64,000 nt of DNA from the NCBI GenBank assembly GCA_041661385.1, contig JBAZUP010000001.1:145692-209691 (forward strand). Reading direction: 5' to 3'. This DNA is from Patescibacteria group bacterium. Its GTDB lineage: Bacteria; Patescibacteriota; Patescibacteriia; Magasanikbacterales; GWA2-37-8. A program made the position numbers and the translations under genes. This document shows, in pieces, positions 1 through 8,717 of this stretch; position 1 is the first letter of the stretch, and every line of letters begins with the position of its first letter. The notes below the pieces were generated by a model. That model was not told where the DNA came from and made no database searches. It was given only the letters and a program-made list of their open reading frames with translations.

Positions 1-2
1 TG

Positions 3-251
3 TACTTCGACGATGTCGAAGAAGGCCGGCGCAAGGTTCAGGAAATGTACGACAAAGGCAAGGAATTGAACAAGAAAGCGAAAGCATTGAACAAGGAGAA
101 GTTTCTCAGCGACATTCAGCTGAGTCAAGTGGAAAATCTCCTCGACAAGCTCGAGGAGAGGATCAACGCCGATCGTCAGGCGATCAAGCGGAGGCCTGCC
201 CACATCGGGGCGGCGAAGAACGGTGCCGGTCTCCGGCTGATTACCGCCTAG
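3..251 (+). CDS. C-terminal 82 codons of a GC-rich foreign-looking ORF, 5' truncated by window start; function unknown
   Basis: Open frame from window edge to TAG at 249-251. Codons are strongly C/G-ending (ttc gac aag ctc gag atc aac), unlike the A/T-ending usage of neighbouring genes. Local GC is far above the window mean. Confidence 0.4.
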   Translation, partial: YFDDVEEGRRKVQEMYDKGKELNKKAKALNKEKFLSDIQLSQVENLLDKLEERINADRQAIKRRPAHIGAAKNGAGLRLITA

Positions 252-278
252 CGCGGTTGAGGACTGAACAAAAAACGT

Positions 279-316
279 CCCCCGGTAGCAATCGCTACCG
301 GGGGACATCTATTTTT
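279..316. terminator. Bidirectional rho-independent terminator: 11 bp GC stem cccccggtagc/gctaccggggg with U-runs on both sides
   Basis: Perfect inverted repeat 279-289/294-304 followed by ctattttt. A-run upstream gives a U-run on the opposite strand. Sits between convergent genes. Confidence 0.6.
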
Positions 317-1280
317 ATTTGTTTCCTCCGTGAAATTTTTTATGAGTTTCACGGAGTTTTTTATTTGTGACGTGAGTATAAATCTGAGTTGTGACTATAT
401 TTTTATGGCCAAGCATTTCTTGTACCGATCTCATATCAGCGCCTTCATTTAGAAGATCAGTCGCGAAGCTGTGCCGGAGAGTATGGGGAGTAGCGTCGAC
501 TGGTAAACCGGCCATCACGGTATATTTACGAACAATGCGTTCAACCGACCGGGGAGTCAACCGGTGTTCGTCGTCGCTTCGATCGGTTTTGTAATTTATA
601 AAAAGTGGCGCGTACATATCTTTGGTGCGGATTTTAAGATATTTTCCAAGCCACCCCAGAGCGCGTTTTGAAAAATATACAGTTCGGGTCGATCCGCCCT
701 TGCCGCTAATACTAATTTCTAGTTCATCAATTTTATCGGATAAAATATTTTTTAAATCAAAAATTCGTGCATTTAATGAAGTAAGTTCTGAAACCCGCAT
801 GCCAGTCGAAAATAATATCTCAAGCATAGTGCGGTCACGCAGGCCGTCTTCTTCTGATGTATCCGGCATGTCCAATAATTTTTCAACCTGATTTAAAGTT
901 AAAAATTTAATCGATTTCTCTTTTTCGGTAAGTTTTGGAAGTTTTATTTTATCGGCCGAAATACATTCAATGTCACGCTCGGTAAAATATTTTACAAGAT
1001 TACGCAAAGCGATTAAATAGTAATTCTGAGTAGATTTTTTATTTAATTTTCCGTGATCGTCTTTTTTTCTTGATAAGTATAATCGATAGTTCCAAATATG
1101 ATCCGGGCTAAGTTCGTGCGGCTTGAGATTTTCAATTTTGTTGTCCTTTAGCCAAACGACAAACATTTTAAGAAAATTATGATAATTACGAGTAGAAACC
1201 TGAGATAAACCTTTCTCAACTTCACAATAATCTAAAAAAGACGATATATGATCAATAATTGGTACAGAAGATTTTGGCAT
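315..1280 (-). CDS. Tyrosine site-specific recombinase / phage-type integrase (XerC/D-like)
   Basis: C-terminal catalytic motif HTLRHSFATDLLNEGADMRSVQEMLGHKNIVTTQIYTHV (R..HxxR..Y). 321 aa. Confidence 0.85.
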   Translation of the reverse strand: MPKSSVPIIDHISSFLDYCEVEKGLSQVSTRNYHNFLKMFVVWLKDNKIENLKPHELSPDHIWNYRLYLSRKKDDHGKLNKKSTQNYYLIALRNLVKYFTERDIECISADKIKLPKLTEKEKSIKFLTLNQVEKLLDMPDTSEEDGLRDRTMLEILFSTGMRVSELTSLNARIFDLKNILSDKIDELEISISGKGGSTRTVYFSKRALGWLGKYLKIRTKDMYAPLFINYKTDRSDDEHRLTPRSVERIVRKYTVMAGLPVDATPHTLRHSFATDLLNEGADMRSVQEMLGHKNIVTTQIYTHVTNKKLRETHKKFHGGNK

Positions 1281-1454
1281 AGTGAAATATTAAGCGACGT
1301 TAGATAAATATAATATATCATATTTGAAAAAAAGGGGATAGGGAGACGTTACTAAACATCAAATTTGGTGTATAGTTATATACAAAGGTCGGATAAAATA
1401 ATAAATATCTCCGTATGTATATTAATTAAACATGGTTAGATTAAACTTAAATTT

Positions 1455-2039
1455 ATGATAAAAAAATATTTAACTGGATTCTTAATACTTTCATCAATTC
1501 TAATAACTGTTCCGGTTTTGGCTAATAATGACGTCTCAGTATCGGATTCCACAACCACATCTTCTTCGACTACAGTTCGAACACAGGAAGAAAAAATTAT
1601 TGAAGCTCAACGTAAATTGGAGGAGCGTTTTCAGGAAGCTAAAAGAAAATTACAAGAAAAATTAACATCTTTGCAAACAAAACAGGTAAATCAGGCTGCT
1701 GCAACCGCTTGTGTTGGGTTAGCTGTAAATAAACGAGAGGCTACTGTAGCCGCAGCGTTTGGAACATATTCTACCACTCAGACATCCGTTCTTACAGCGC
1801 GTGCTAATGCATTAAGCGCTGCTTGGACTGCGCCATCGTCAACACAAAAACAAATTCGGACCGCAGTTAACAGCGCCTGGGCAAATTATCGTACCGCGCA
1901 CAGGACTGCTATTGTAGCTCACAACGCGTCAACTACTGCCGCATGGACATTATTTAAAAAAGAAGCAAAAGACTGTAAGGCTTCACAATCAGGTGTGGTT
2001 GTTGATTATCGATCTTACGGACAGGACATGGCTCAATAA
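1455..2039 (+). CDS. Secreted hypothetical protein, N-terminal signal peptide and Ala/Thr-rich helical region
   Basis: MIKKYLTGFLILSSILITVPVLA signal-like start, predicted coiled coil, no recognisable catalytic motif. Confidence 0.55.
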   Translation: MIKKYLTGFLILSSILITVPVLANNDVSVSDSTTTSSSTTVRTQEEKIIEAQRKLEERFQEAKRKLQEKLTSLQTKQVNQAAATACVGLAVNKREATVAAAFGTYSTTQTSVLTARANALSAAWTAPSSTQKQIRTAVNSAWANYRTAHRTAIVAHNASTTAAWTLFKKEAKDCKASQSGVVVDYRSYGQDMAQ

Positions 2040-2060
2040 TTCATAATTGGATACATTTTA

Positions 2061-2090
2061 AACAAGACCGGTCAGTTTGGCCGGTCTTGT
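2061..2090 (+). terminator. Rho-independent terminator hairpin aagaccgg...ccggtctt
   Basis: 8 bp inverted repeat directly after the stop of the 1455-2039 gene. Confidence 0.4.
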
Positions 2091-2142
2091 AAGTTTATCT
2101 CATTAGGACTAGTATAAATATAGAAGTATTAACCTTAATTTT

Positions 2143-2286
2143 ATGGCATTATTTATATGCCCCAACTGCGAACAACGTTCGGAGATTAAGGAAGAAGATG
2201 ATAAGAAAATAACTTCGCACGTTTGTCCGCATTGTGGCCAAACCTACAATGTGGATCAGGAACTTAATGTGATTCTAGAGGAGTAG
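2143..2286 (+). CDS. 47-aa zinc-ribbon protein (CPNC...CPHC)
   Basis: ORF MALFICPNCEQRSEIKEEDDKKITSHVCPHCGQTYNVDQELNVILEE, below the 60-aa ORF-track cutoff. Two CxxC pairs; followed by a hairpin/T-run. Confidence 0.4.
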   Translation: MALFICPNCEQRSEIKEEDDKKITSHVCPHCGQTYNVDQELNVILEE

Positions 2287-2812
2287 TTTTTTCTTGATTC
2301 AATAGCAACCCAATCATAGGGAATATTATTTCCCTTCGGGTTGTTTTTTTAATTGTGTGTATAAAAATATTAAGCGACATTGAATAAACAGTTACGAAAT
2401 ATTTTAGGGGATAAGACCTGAGAAGGAAATATTTAACATTCAGCCGCTCAAATCTATAGATCAACCTGTATGATCCGTCATCTTAAAATCAAAATTATCA
2501 TTGCAAAGCTGGTATTGTATATGAATATAGATTGAGATATACCTGTAGAAATTATCTTAAACATTTCATCCGTGGCAAATAGTTCGATTCATTATTATAT
2601 ATAGGATGTTTGTTAAATAACTTAATTCGGCAGCTTGATGCAGCCCAGGCTTGCTTAGAGTGCTTTAAAGAAGAAAATAGGGGTATAGTTGGCTACTTAA
2701 CAAAAAAGCCCCCATAAGGGCCCTATATCGAATCTATGTTAGTCGCTTAATCTATGTTATACGACGTTGATAATCCCGTTTATTATACCTTGGCTTTTAC
2801 TTTGCTTACCCC

Positions 2813-3793
2813 CTACTTCCAAAATATTCGATCTTCAAGGCGTACATCAATATATTCTTTAGGCTTGCTTGATTTATATACATTCCAAAAAGCAATCAAT
2901 TGATCGTTGGCTGGTCGTTCTGTTGAAAAAATTATTCTCCAGCCTAAATTTGTAACCGCAGTAATATCTCGAGAACCATCATCAATTTCGTAATAGTTAA
3001 TTACTATCCCACCCCCCTTTTGGATCCCGGTATTAAAATCGGCGATTGATGTTATAAGTTCAGGATTAAGTTTGTTGTTTTTTTGGCTAATTTGATCGGA
3101 TTTAAAATAAATTAACGGTAAATCTGGGTAGTTTTTTTGATGCAGTACTATATTTGGTAAATGAACAGTCGCAACTGTTGAGGAGGAGGCTGTATCCGCA
3201 GTGCTTGTTGATATAGGAACGGTAACAAAATCGCCTGGACCTACTGCCCAAAGGTATTTAATTACCTTTCCATCTTTATCTAGCAGGTAGTAATCTCTTC
3301 CGTCATCGTAAATAACAGAACTGTTTTTTTCAGTAATATAAATGTTAAGAGTATTTGGAAATATTTTTTCTACTCTTACATTACTTACCGGATATTCATT
3401 TTTAATACTGTTTGAAATTTTAGATGAATTTACAAACAAGTAGTGATTTAACGGAAAAAATTTGAAATCCTGATGAAGATTTCGACTCACTGTGTCCTCT
3501 ACTTTTTGTTTATCGATAAGATTTAGGCCGACGATGGATACTCGCGTAACTCTAAAAAATGGTAAAAACAACAATAATATTAACCAAGTTGATAAAACAA
3601 TCGATAGCAAGGTTGTTTTTAGTTTGAGAGGTTTAACCTTAATCTTTCGCTTATAAGGATTTGAAAAACCCAAAAAAGCCGTTTCTTCGTATTGACGGAA
3701 TCTTTTCCGGCCGAGCGTTGTACCCACGATTTTTTCCTGACGCCGACGGGAATAATTCTTTTTTAATTTCCTTCCGGTTTGATAATATTTCAT
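2813..3793 (-). CDS. FtsQ/DivIB-like cell division protein (basic N-terminus, one TM, POTRA-like domain)
   Basis: Topology and RVTRVSIVGLNLIDKQKVEDTV POTRA-like segment after the TM helix. Weak similarity call. Confidence 0.45.
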   Translation of the reverse strand: MKYYQTGRKLKKNYSRRRQEKIVGTTLGRKRFRQYEETAFLGFSNPYKRKIKVKPLKLKTTLLSIVLSTWLILLLFLPFFRVTRVSIVGLNLIDKQKVEDTVSRNLHQDFKFFPLNHYLFVNSSKISNSIKNEYPVSNVRVEKIFPNTLNIYITEKNSSVIYDDGRDYYLLDKDGKVIKYLWAVGPGDFVTVPISTSTADTASSSTVATVHLPNIVLHQKNYPDLPLIYFKSDQISQKNNKLNPELITSIADFNTGIQKGGGIVINYYEIDDGSRDITAVTNLGWRIIFSTERPANDQLIAFWNVYKSSKPKEYIDVRLEDRIFWK

Positions 3794-3813
3794 TATTAGG
3801 AAGTTCGTGAATA

Positions 3814-4929
3814 TTATACCACAATTCTCCGAATAAGAGGATTAATTCTCGTAACAATTTCATAATTAATTGTTTCCGGGGTCAGCGCCGTCAAATCATC
3901 AGCAGTTATCTCCTCTTTTCCATCCGCACCGATTAGCGTCACAATTGATCCCTCTTTACAATTTTTTAGTTTTGAAACATCAATCATTGTAAGGTTCATA
4001 CATACGCGGCCTCTCACCGGACACCTTTTTCCATTAATTAGAACTTCGGCTTTATTACTCCAAGCTCTGTCATATCCATCATAGTAACCCACCGGAATAA
4101 TGGCAATTTTGCCGTTTTTAGGCATTTTATAGGTATTACCGTAACTTATGCCTGTTCCTTTCTTTACGTTCTTAACTTGAATAACGGTAGTTTTCCAGCT
4201 TAAAACAGGTTTTAGATTTATTTTTTTTCGCGATTTTTTGTCTGGATATAGGCCATAAGAACACAAACCAATCCGCACTGCGTCATACCGGGCGACTGGA
4301 TGTAAAATTGTAGCGGCACTGCATGATATATGCCTAATCGGCACACAAATTCCTATTTTTTTGAATACCCCGATTGCAGAATCAAATATTCTATTTTGTT
4401 CACGGGTGATTTCATAATCCGTTTCACTCGATGAAAAGTGGCTCCACACTCCTTCAATTTCAATGTGTTTTAATTTTTGAATATTTTTTAAAAAATCTTC
4501 AAGCTCGGACACAAAAAAACCAATTCGCGTTGTGCCGGAATCAATCTTGATATGAATTTTACATCTTTGGCCTATTCGTTCGGCTACGGTATTTAACCAA
4601 ATTGCCTGTTTTAAAGTATAAACTGGAAAGATAACATTCTTTTTCATCGCCTCCCCTGCTTTCTGAATATCAAAACTAAAAAAAGATAAAATTTGAATAG
4701 GCTTTTTTATATTTAACATTCGTAACAGAAGCGCCTCATCTAAATTTACTACAGCCAATCTATCTACATCTTCTAATTCATCGCAGATTTTTGCAACTTC
4801 AGCGATGCCGTGACCGTATGCATTCGATTTAATCACCGGAATTAAAAGTGTGGCCTTTCCAATAAGGTTACGAAAATTTTTCAGATTATGCTCTAGTGCA
4901 GAGCGATTAATTTCTACCCAACTTAGCAT
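3814..4929 (-). CDS. alr: Alanine racemase
   Basis: PLP-lysine motif VIKSNAYGHG near the N-terminus; 371 aa typical length. Confidence 0.85.
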   Translation of the reverse strand: MLSWVEINRSALEHNLKNFRNLIGKATLLIPVIKSNAYGHGIAEVAKICDELEDVDRLAVVNLDEALLLRMLNIKKPIQILSFFSFDIQKAGEAMKKNVIFPVYTLKQAIWLNTVAERIGQRCKIHIKIDSGTTRIGFFVSELEDFLKNIQKLKHIEIEGVWSHFSSSETDYEITREQNRIFDSAIGVFKKIGICVPIRHISCSAATILHPVARYDAVRIGLCSYGLYPDKKSRKKINLKPVLSWKTTVIQVKNVKKGTGISYGNTYKMPKNGKIAIIPVGYYDGYDRAWSNKAEVLINGKRCPVRGRVCMNLTMIDVSKLKNCKEGSIVTLIGADGKEEITADDLTALTPETINYEIVTRINPLIRRIVV

Positions 4930-4953
4930 AAAGATGCCGAGGAAGAATTGTTA

Positions 4954-6192
4954 TTAGATTTTGTTGAAGCTAAGGTATTTTTGCAATACTTTTGGAATCA
5001 AAACCGTGCCGTCTTTTTGTTGATTGTTTTCGATAATTGCGAGCATGGGTCTGTCACTTGCTACAGTTCCGTTTAAAGTGTGCGCGAATACCCTTTTTCC
5101 TTCCTTGTTTTTAATTTTAATATTGCATCTTCGGGCCTGGTAATCCGTGGTGTTGCTTGTCGAGGTAAGTTCACGGTATTTATTTTGTCCGGGAAACCAA
5201 CCTTCACAATCAAATTTTTTGGCAGCTGGAAAGCCGAGATCACCTGAGCAAACATTCACTACCTGGTAATGAATTCCGAGTGAACTAATAAACTCTTCCT
5301 CGTGGGCAAGAAGCTCGTCATGAATTTTTGCCGAATCATCTGGGGCGCAAAAAACAACCATTTCTACTTTATAAAACTGATGGACTCTAAATAACCCTTT
5401 TGTATCTTTGCCATAGCTTCCAGATTCTCGCCGAAAACATGGGGTGATAGCGATATATTTTTTTGGTAAATCGCTCTCATTAAATGTTTCGTCGGCATGC
5501 ATGTAAATTAATGAAACTTCAGATGTGCCAACTAAATATAAATTATCTTCAGTTGGGTTAACTGCATAAACTTCATTTTTATCAGCTGGAAAAAAACCCG
5601 TTCCGTACATCGCCTCTTCTCGCACCAAGACTGGCGGCAGAACTAATTCAAAGCCCTTGCCAACCATAAAATCAACGGCGTACTGCATAATCGCTCTTTC
5701 CAGTTGAGCAACTTTTCCTTTTAAATAATAAAAACGTGAACCAGAGACTTTAGCTCCCCTTTCCATATCAATACCACTTAATACCGATTCAACTGCAAAA
5801 TGTTCCTTGGGTGTAAAATCAAATTCTGGCTTTTTTCCACTGTGACTCGACACCTTGTTTTCGGAATCATCTTTTCCAACTGGTACTGAGGGGTCATTAA
5901 TATTTGGAATTTTAGTTAACAAAGACTGAAGTTCATCGCTTTTTTTCTTCAAAAGATCATCCAGCGCAGCAATTTCTTGGCCAACCTTTTTCATTTCAAT
6001 AATTTCAGCATCGGTTGGTTTAGTTTTTGACTTATCATTTCGTTTTGCCCGAAGTGCTTCGGCTTGTTTTAATAACAGATTTTTTTCTTCATCAAGCCGA
6101 ATGATTGCCGACAAATCAATCTTTACGTTTCTGGTTAAACTATTTTTTTCAACCAATTCTTTATTTTCGCGGATAAATTTTATATCTAACAT
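4954..6192 (-). CDS. serS: Seryl-tRNA synthetase
   Basis: N-terminal coiled-coil arm, class II motifs (FRRE, GLFRVHQFYKVEMV), 412 aa. Confidence 0.93.
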   Translation of the reverse strand: MLDIKFIRENKELVEKNSLTRNVKIDLSAIIRLDEEKNLLLKQAEALRAKRNDKSKTKPTDAEIIEMKKVGQEIAALDDLLKKKSDELQSLLTKIPNINDPSVPVGKDDSENKVSSHSGKKPEFDFTPKEHFAVESVLSGIDMERGAKVSGSRFYYLKGKVAQLERAIMQYAVDFMVGKGFELVLPPVLVREEAMYGTGFFPADKNEVYAVNPTEDNLYLVGTSEVSLIYMHADETFNESDLPKKYIAITPCFRRESGSYGKDTKGLFRVHQFYKVEMVVFCAPDDSAKIHDELLAHEEEFISSLGIHYQVVNVCSGDLGFPAAKKFDCEGWFPGQNKYRELTSTSNTTDYQARRCNIKIKNKEGKRVFAHTLNGTVASDRPMLAIIENNQQKDGTVLIPKVLQKYLSFNKI

Positions 6193-6213
6193 ATGATTTC
6201 GTTTGGACTATAT

Positions 6214-6612
6214 TTATTCTGGCTTTAATTTAGAACTTTTATAAATCTTCTCTTTAAATGGTTTGAGTCGGACAATTTTTGTATTTTTTCCAAATTTGTT
6301 TTCAAGTTCATCAATAAAGAATTTTTGATCATAACCTAGCGCAATAATATCCGGCTTTTCTTCATTAATAATTTGATGCTTGTCTTCATTTTCTGATCCT
6401 AACACCACTCGGTCGGCAATATTTAATTTCTCTAAATTAGCGACTCTTAATTTTTCAGAAAAATGCGGCGAATGATTTTTTACTTTTAATACTGTTTTGT
6501 CGCGAGCTATTACTACCACTAACGAATCAGCAAGTTTTTTTGCTTCTCTTAATAAATATTCGTGGCCGGGGTGTAAAATATCAAAAGTACCAAAAACCAT
6601 TATCTTCGTCAT
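6214..6612 (-). CDS. Small nucleotidyltransferase of the cytidylyltransferase/FAD-synthetase (HxGH) superfamily
   Basis: FGTFDILHPGHEYLL (H/T)xGH motif; 132 aa. Confidence 0.6.
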   Translation of the reverse strand: MTKIMVFGTFDILHPGHEYLLREAKKLADSLVVVIARDKTVLKVKNHSPHFSEKLRVANLEKLNIADRVVLGSENEDKHQIINEEKPDIIALGYDQKFFIDELENKFGKNTKIVRLKPFKEKIYKSSKLKPE

Positions 6613-6620
6613 ATTTTTAT

Positions 6621-8111
6621 CTATTCTTTTGGGTTGCTTTCGGGTCTCAGGGTAGGAAATAAAATCACTTCTTTCAAATTGGGGGCGTTTGTAAGTAGTT
6701 TAACCAAACGATCAATTCCCATTCCCATACCGGCCGTCGGGGGCATTCCATGCATCAAAGCCTCAACAAAATCCGTATCGTATGGCATAGATTCATCATC
6801 TCCGGCCGCTTCAAGTCGTAATTGTTCTTTAAATCTTTCTTCTTGATCAATCGGATCATTTAATTCCGAAAATGCGTTGCAGAGTTCATTTCCACCTACG
6901 CAAAGCAATTGAAATCTTTCAACGTAATTTAAATTTTTTACTTTTCTTTTTGCAAGCGGAGAAAGTTCAACTGGGTGATCGATTACAAAAATTGGGTTAA
7001 TTATATTAGGTCTCGCAAATTTTTTATAAATTTCGTCAATTAATTTGCCGCGGCCGGTACCAGAATCAATGTTGTCGATTTGAAGTTCTTTAGCTTTTTT
7101 AAATAGCGCCCCCTGTTCAGGATAATCCTCAATATCAATTTGAGCATGTTGGCGAATAAGTTCGCGCATCGTAATTCTTTTATAGGGCGGTGTAAAATCT
7201 ACCGTTTCACCTTCAGCTTCAAATTTTAATGATAAACCAATTGAAGTAATTAATTTAGGTAATAAATCCTCAACCAAATCCATTAGCATTTGATAATCGG
7301 CGTACGCCCAATAAAACTCAATTTGTGTAAATTCTGGATTGTGATTTTGATCAATACCCTCGTTTCTAAAACATTTTGCAATTTCGTAAACTTTCTCAAA
7401 ACCGCCGACAATCAAACGCTTTAAATATAGTTCCGGTGCGATACGTAAGTACAAAGGAATATCTAATGCGTTGTGATGTGTCTTAAAAGGTTTTGCAAGA
7501 GCTCCTCCATATAAGGTTTGTAAAACCGGAGTTTCAACTTCAAAAAAACCATGTGAATCAAAATACGAACGAATTTCTTTTACCAAAACGGATCTAATTT
7601 TTGCAATTTTAATTGATTCCGGGTTTGAAATAAGATCTAAGTAGCGTTTTCGATACCTTGCTTCTTGATCGGAAAGTCCGTGCCATTTTTCAGGCAGAGG
7701 CAAAAGCGCTTTGGAAAGAATAAAATATTTTTTAACTAAAATGCTAATTTCGCCTTTGTGAGTCGTAAAAATTGTTCCTTCAACTTCCAAAAAGTCACCA
7801 ATATCAAAATTTTTGTTAAAAAATTTATAAGGGATTTTTTCTAATTCCGTTTCGGTCAGAACGATTTGGATATTTCCCGATTCGTCATGAAGGTGGCAAA
7901 AGGTCAATTTGCCCATTTCACGGCGCGTCATAATTCTGCCCGCCACAGTTAGTGAGGTTCCTTCGGCGGAAATTTTTGCTTCGGCCAAAGTGTGGGTACG
8001 ACGACTGCGCGCTGGAAACGGATCAATGCCTTCATGGATAATATTTTTCAAGTGTCCAAGTCTGGCTTCCGATTCCGTTTGGTGTTCTACCATTTTTTTC
8101 GACTCACTCAT
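6621..8111 (-). CDS. lysS: Lysyl-tRNA synthetase, class II
   Basis: OB-fold N-domain plus class II core (FRNEG, GGNELCNAFSELNDP, GMGIDRL). Start placed at MSESKK; the ORF track extends 18 codons further upstream. Confidence 0.93.
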   Translation of the reverse strand: MSESKKMVEHQTESEARLGHLKNIIHEGIDPFPARSRRTHTLAEAKISAEGTSLTVAGRIMTRREMGKLTFCHLHDESGNIQIVLTETELEKIPYKFFNKNFDIGDFLEVEGTIFTTHKGEISILVKKYFILSKALLPLPEKWHGLSDQEARYRKRYLDLISNPESIKIAKIRSVLVKEIRSYFDSHGFFEVETPVLQTLYGGALAKPFKTHHNALDIPLYLRIAPELYLKRLIVGGFEKVYEIAKCFRNEGIDQNHNPEFTQIEFYWAYADYQMLMDLVEDLLPKLITSIGLSLKFEAEGETVDFTPPYKRITMRELIRQHAQIDIEDYPEQGALFKKAKELQIDNIDSGTGRGKLIDEIYKKFARPNIINPIFVIDHPVELSPLAKRKVKNLNYVERFQLLCVGGNELCNAFSELNDPIDQEERFKEQLRLEAAGDDESMPYDTDFVEALMHGMPPTAGMGMGIDRLVKLLTNAPNLKEVILFPTLRPESNPKE

Positions 8112-8202
8112 ATTTAAGAGGTTAATGTTGAATACTATACAGAAAAAAATGCTTAGCGTCAACAAAAAAACCGACCCATATTAAGCCGGTTTTTAATCTT
8201 AA

Positions 8203-8664
8203 TTATCTAATTTCTTTGATAATGTAGACCATTTTGCCAGACGGAACATTTACTTCTACTTTATCGCCTATTTTATGGCTTAAAAAGGCCTCTCCTAGGG
8301 GCGATTCATTGGAAATGAGACCTTTTGCCGGGTTAATCTCTTGAGGTCCCACAATCGTATATTCTTTGTTTTTTCCATTAATTTCGACTTTAATAGTGTC
8401 CCCAATCGATACAACACCGGTCGTCTGTTTAATAATAATTTTTGCGTTACTAATAATCTTTTCTACTTCAATTAAGCGACCTTGTGCCCAGGCCATATCT
8501 TCTCTGGCTTGGTGGTATTCCGCATTTTCGGACAAATCACCTTGTTGTTTTGCTTCGTCGATACGTTTTGCAATGTCGGGTACGGTAGTATTTTTCAATG
8601 TTAATAATTCGTTTTTTAATTCTTCTAGGCTGTCGGCTGATAAATAATGAATATTTTCTTCCAT
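8203..8664 (-). CDS. greA: Transcription elongation factor GreA
   Basis: Typical GreA N-terminal coiled coil with acidic tip (DLSENAEY) and FKBP-like C-domain; 153 aa. Confidence 0.9.
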   Translation of the reverse strand: MEENIHYLSADSLEELKNELLTLKNTTVPDIAKRIDEAKQQGDLSENAEYHQAREDMAWAQGRLIEVEKIISNAKIIIKQTTGVVSIGDTIKVEINGKNKEYTIVGPQEINPAKGLISNESPLGEAFLSHKIGDKVEVNVPSGKMVYIIKEIR

Positions 8665-8717
8665 AAATAAATTTAGTTATTTTCTAAGTATAACACACAA
8701 ACACGGTGTGTCAAATA

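Noticed and set aside
391-891. Plus-strand ORFs 391-594 and 622-891 inside the integrase gene
   Set aside because: They are antisense to a well-supported CDS, with no signals.
315-2800. Intact prophage
   Set aside because: Only the integrase is present. The neighbours are a secreted protein, a zinc-ribbon peptide and housekeeping genes, and no capsid, terminase or tail genes are visible in the window. A larger element could still extend beyond the left edge.
3651-3863. 70-aa minus ORF overlapping the ftsQ-like start and alr end
   Set aside because: It is an alternate-frame overlap with no independent support.
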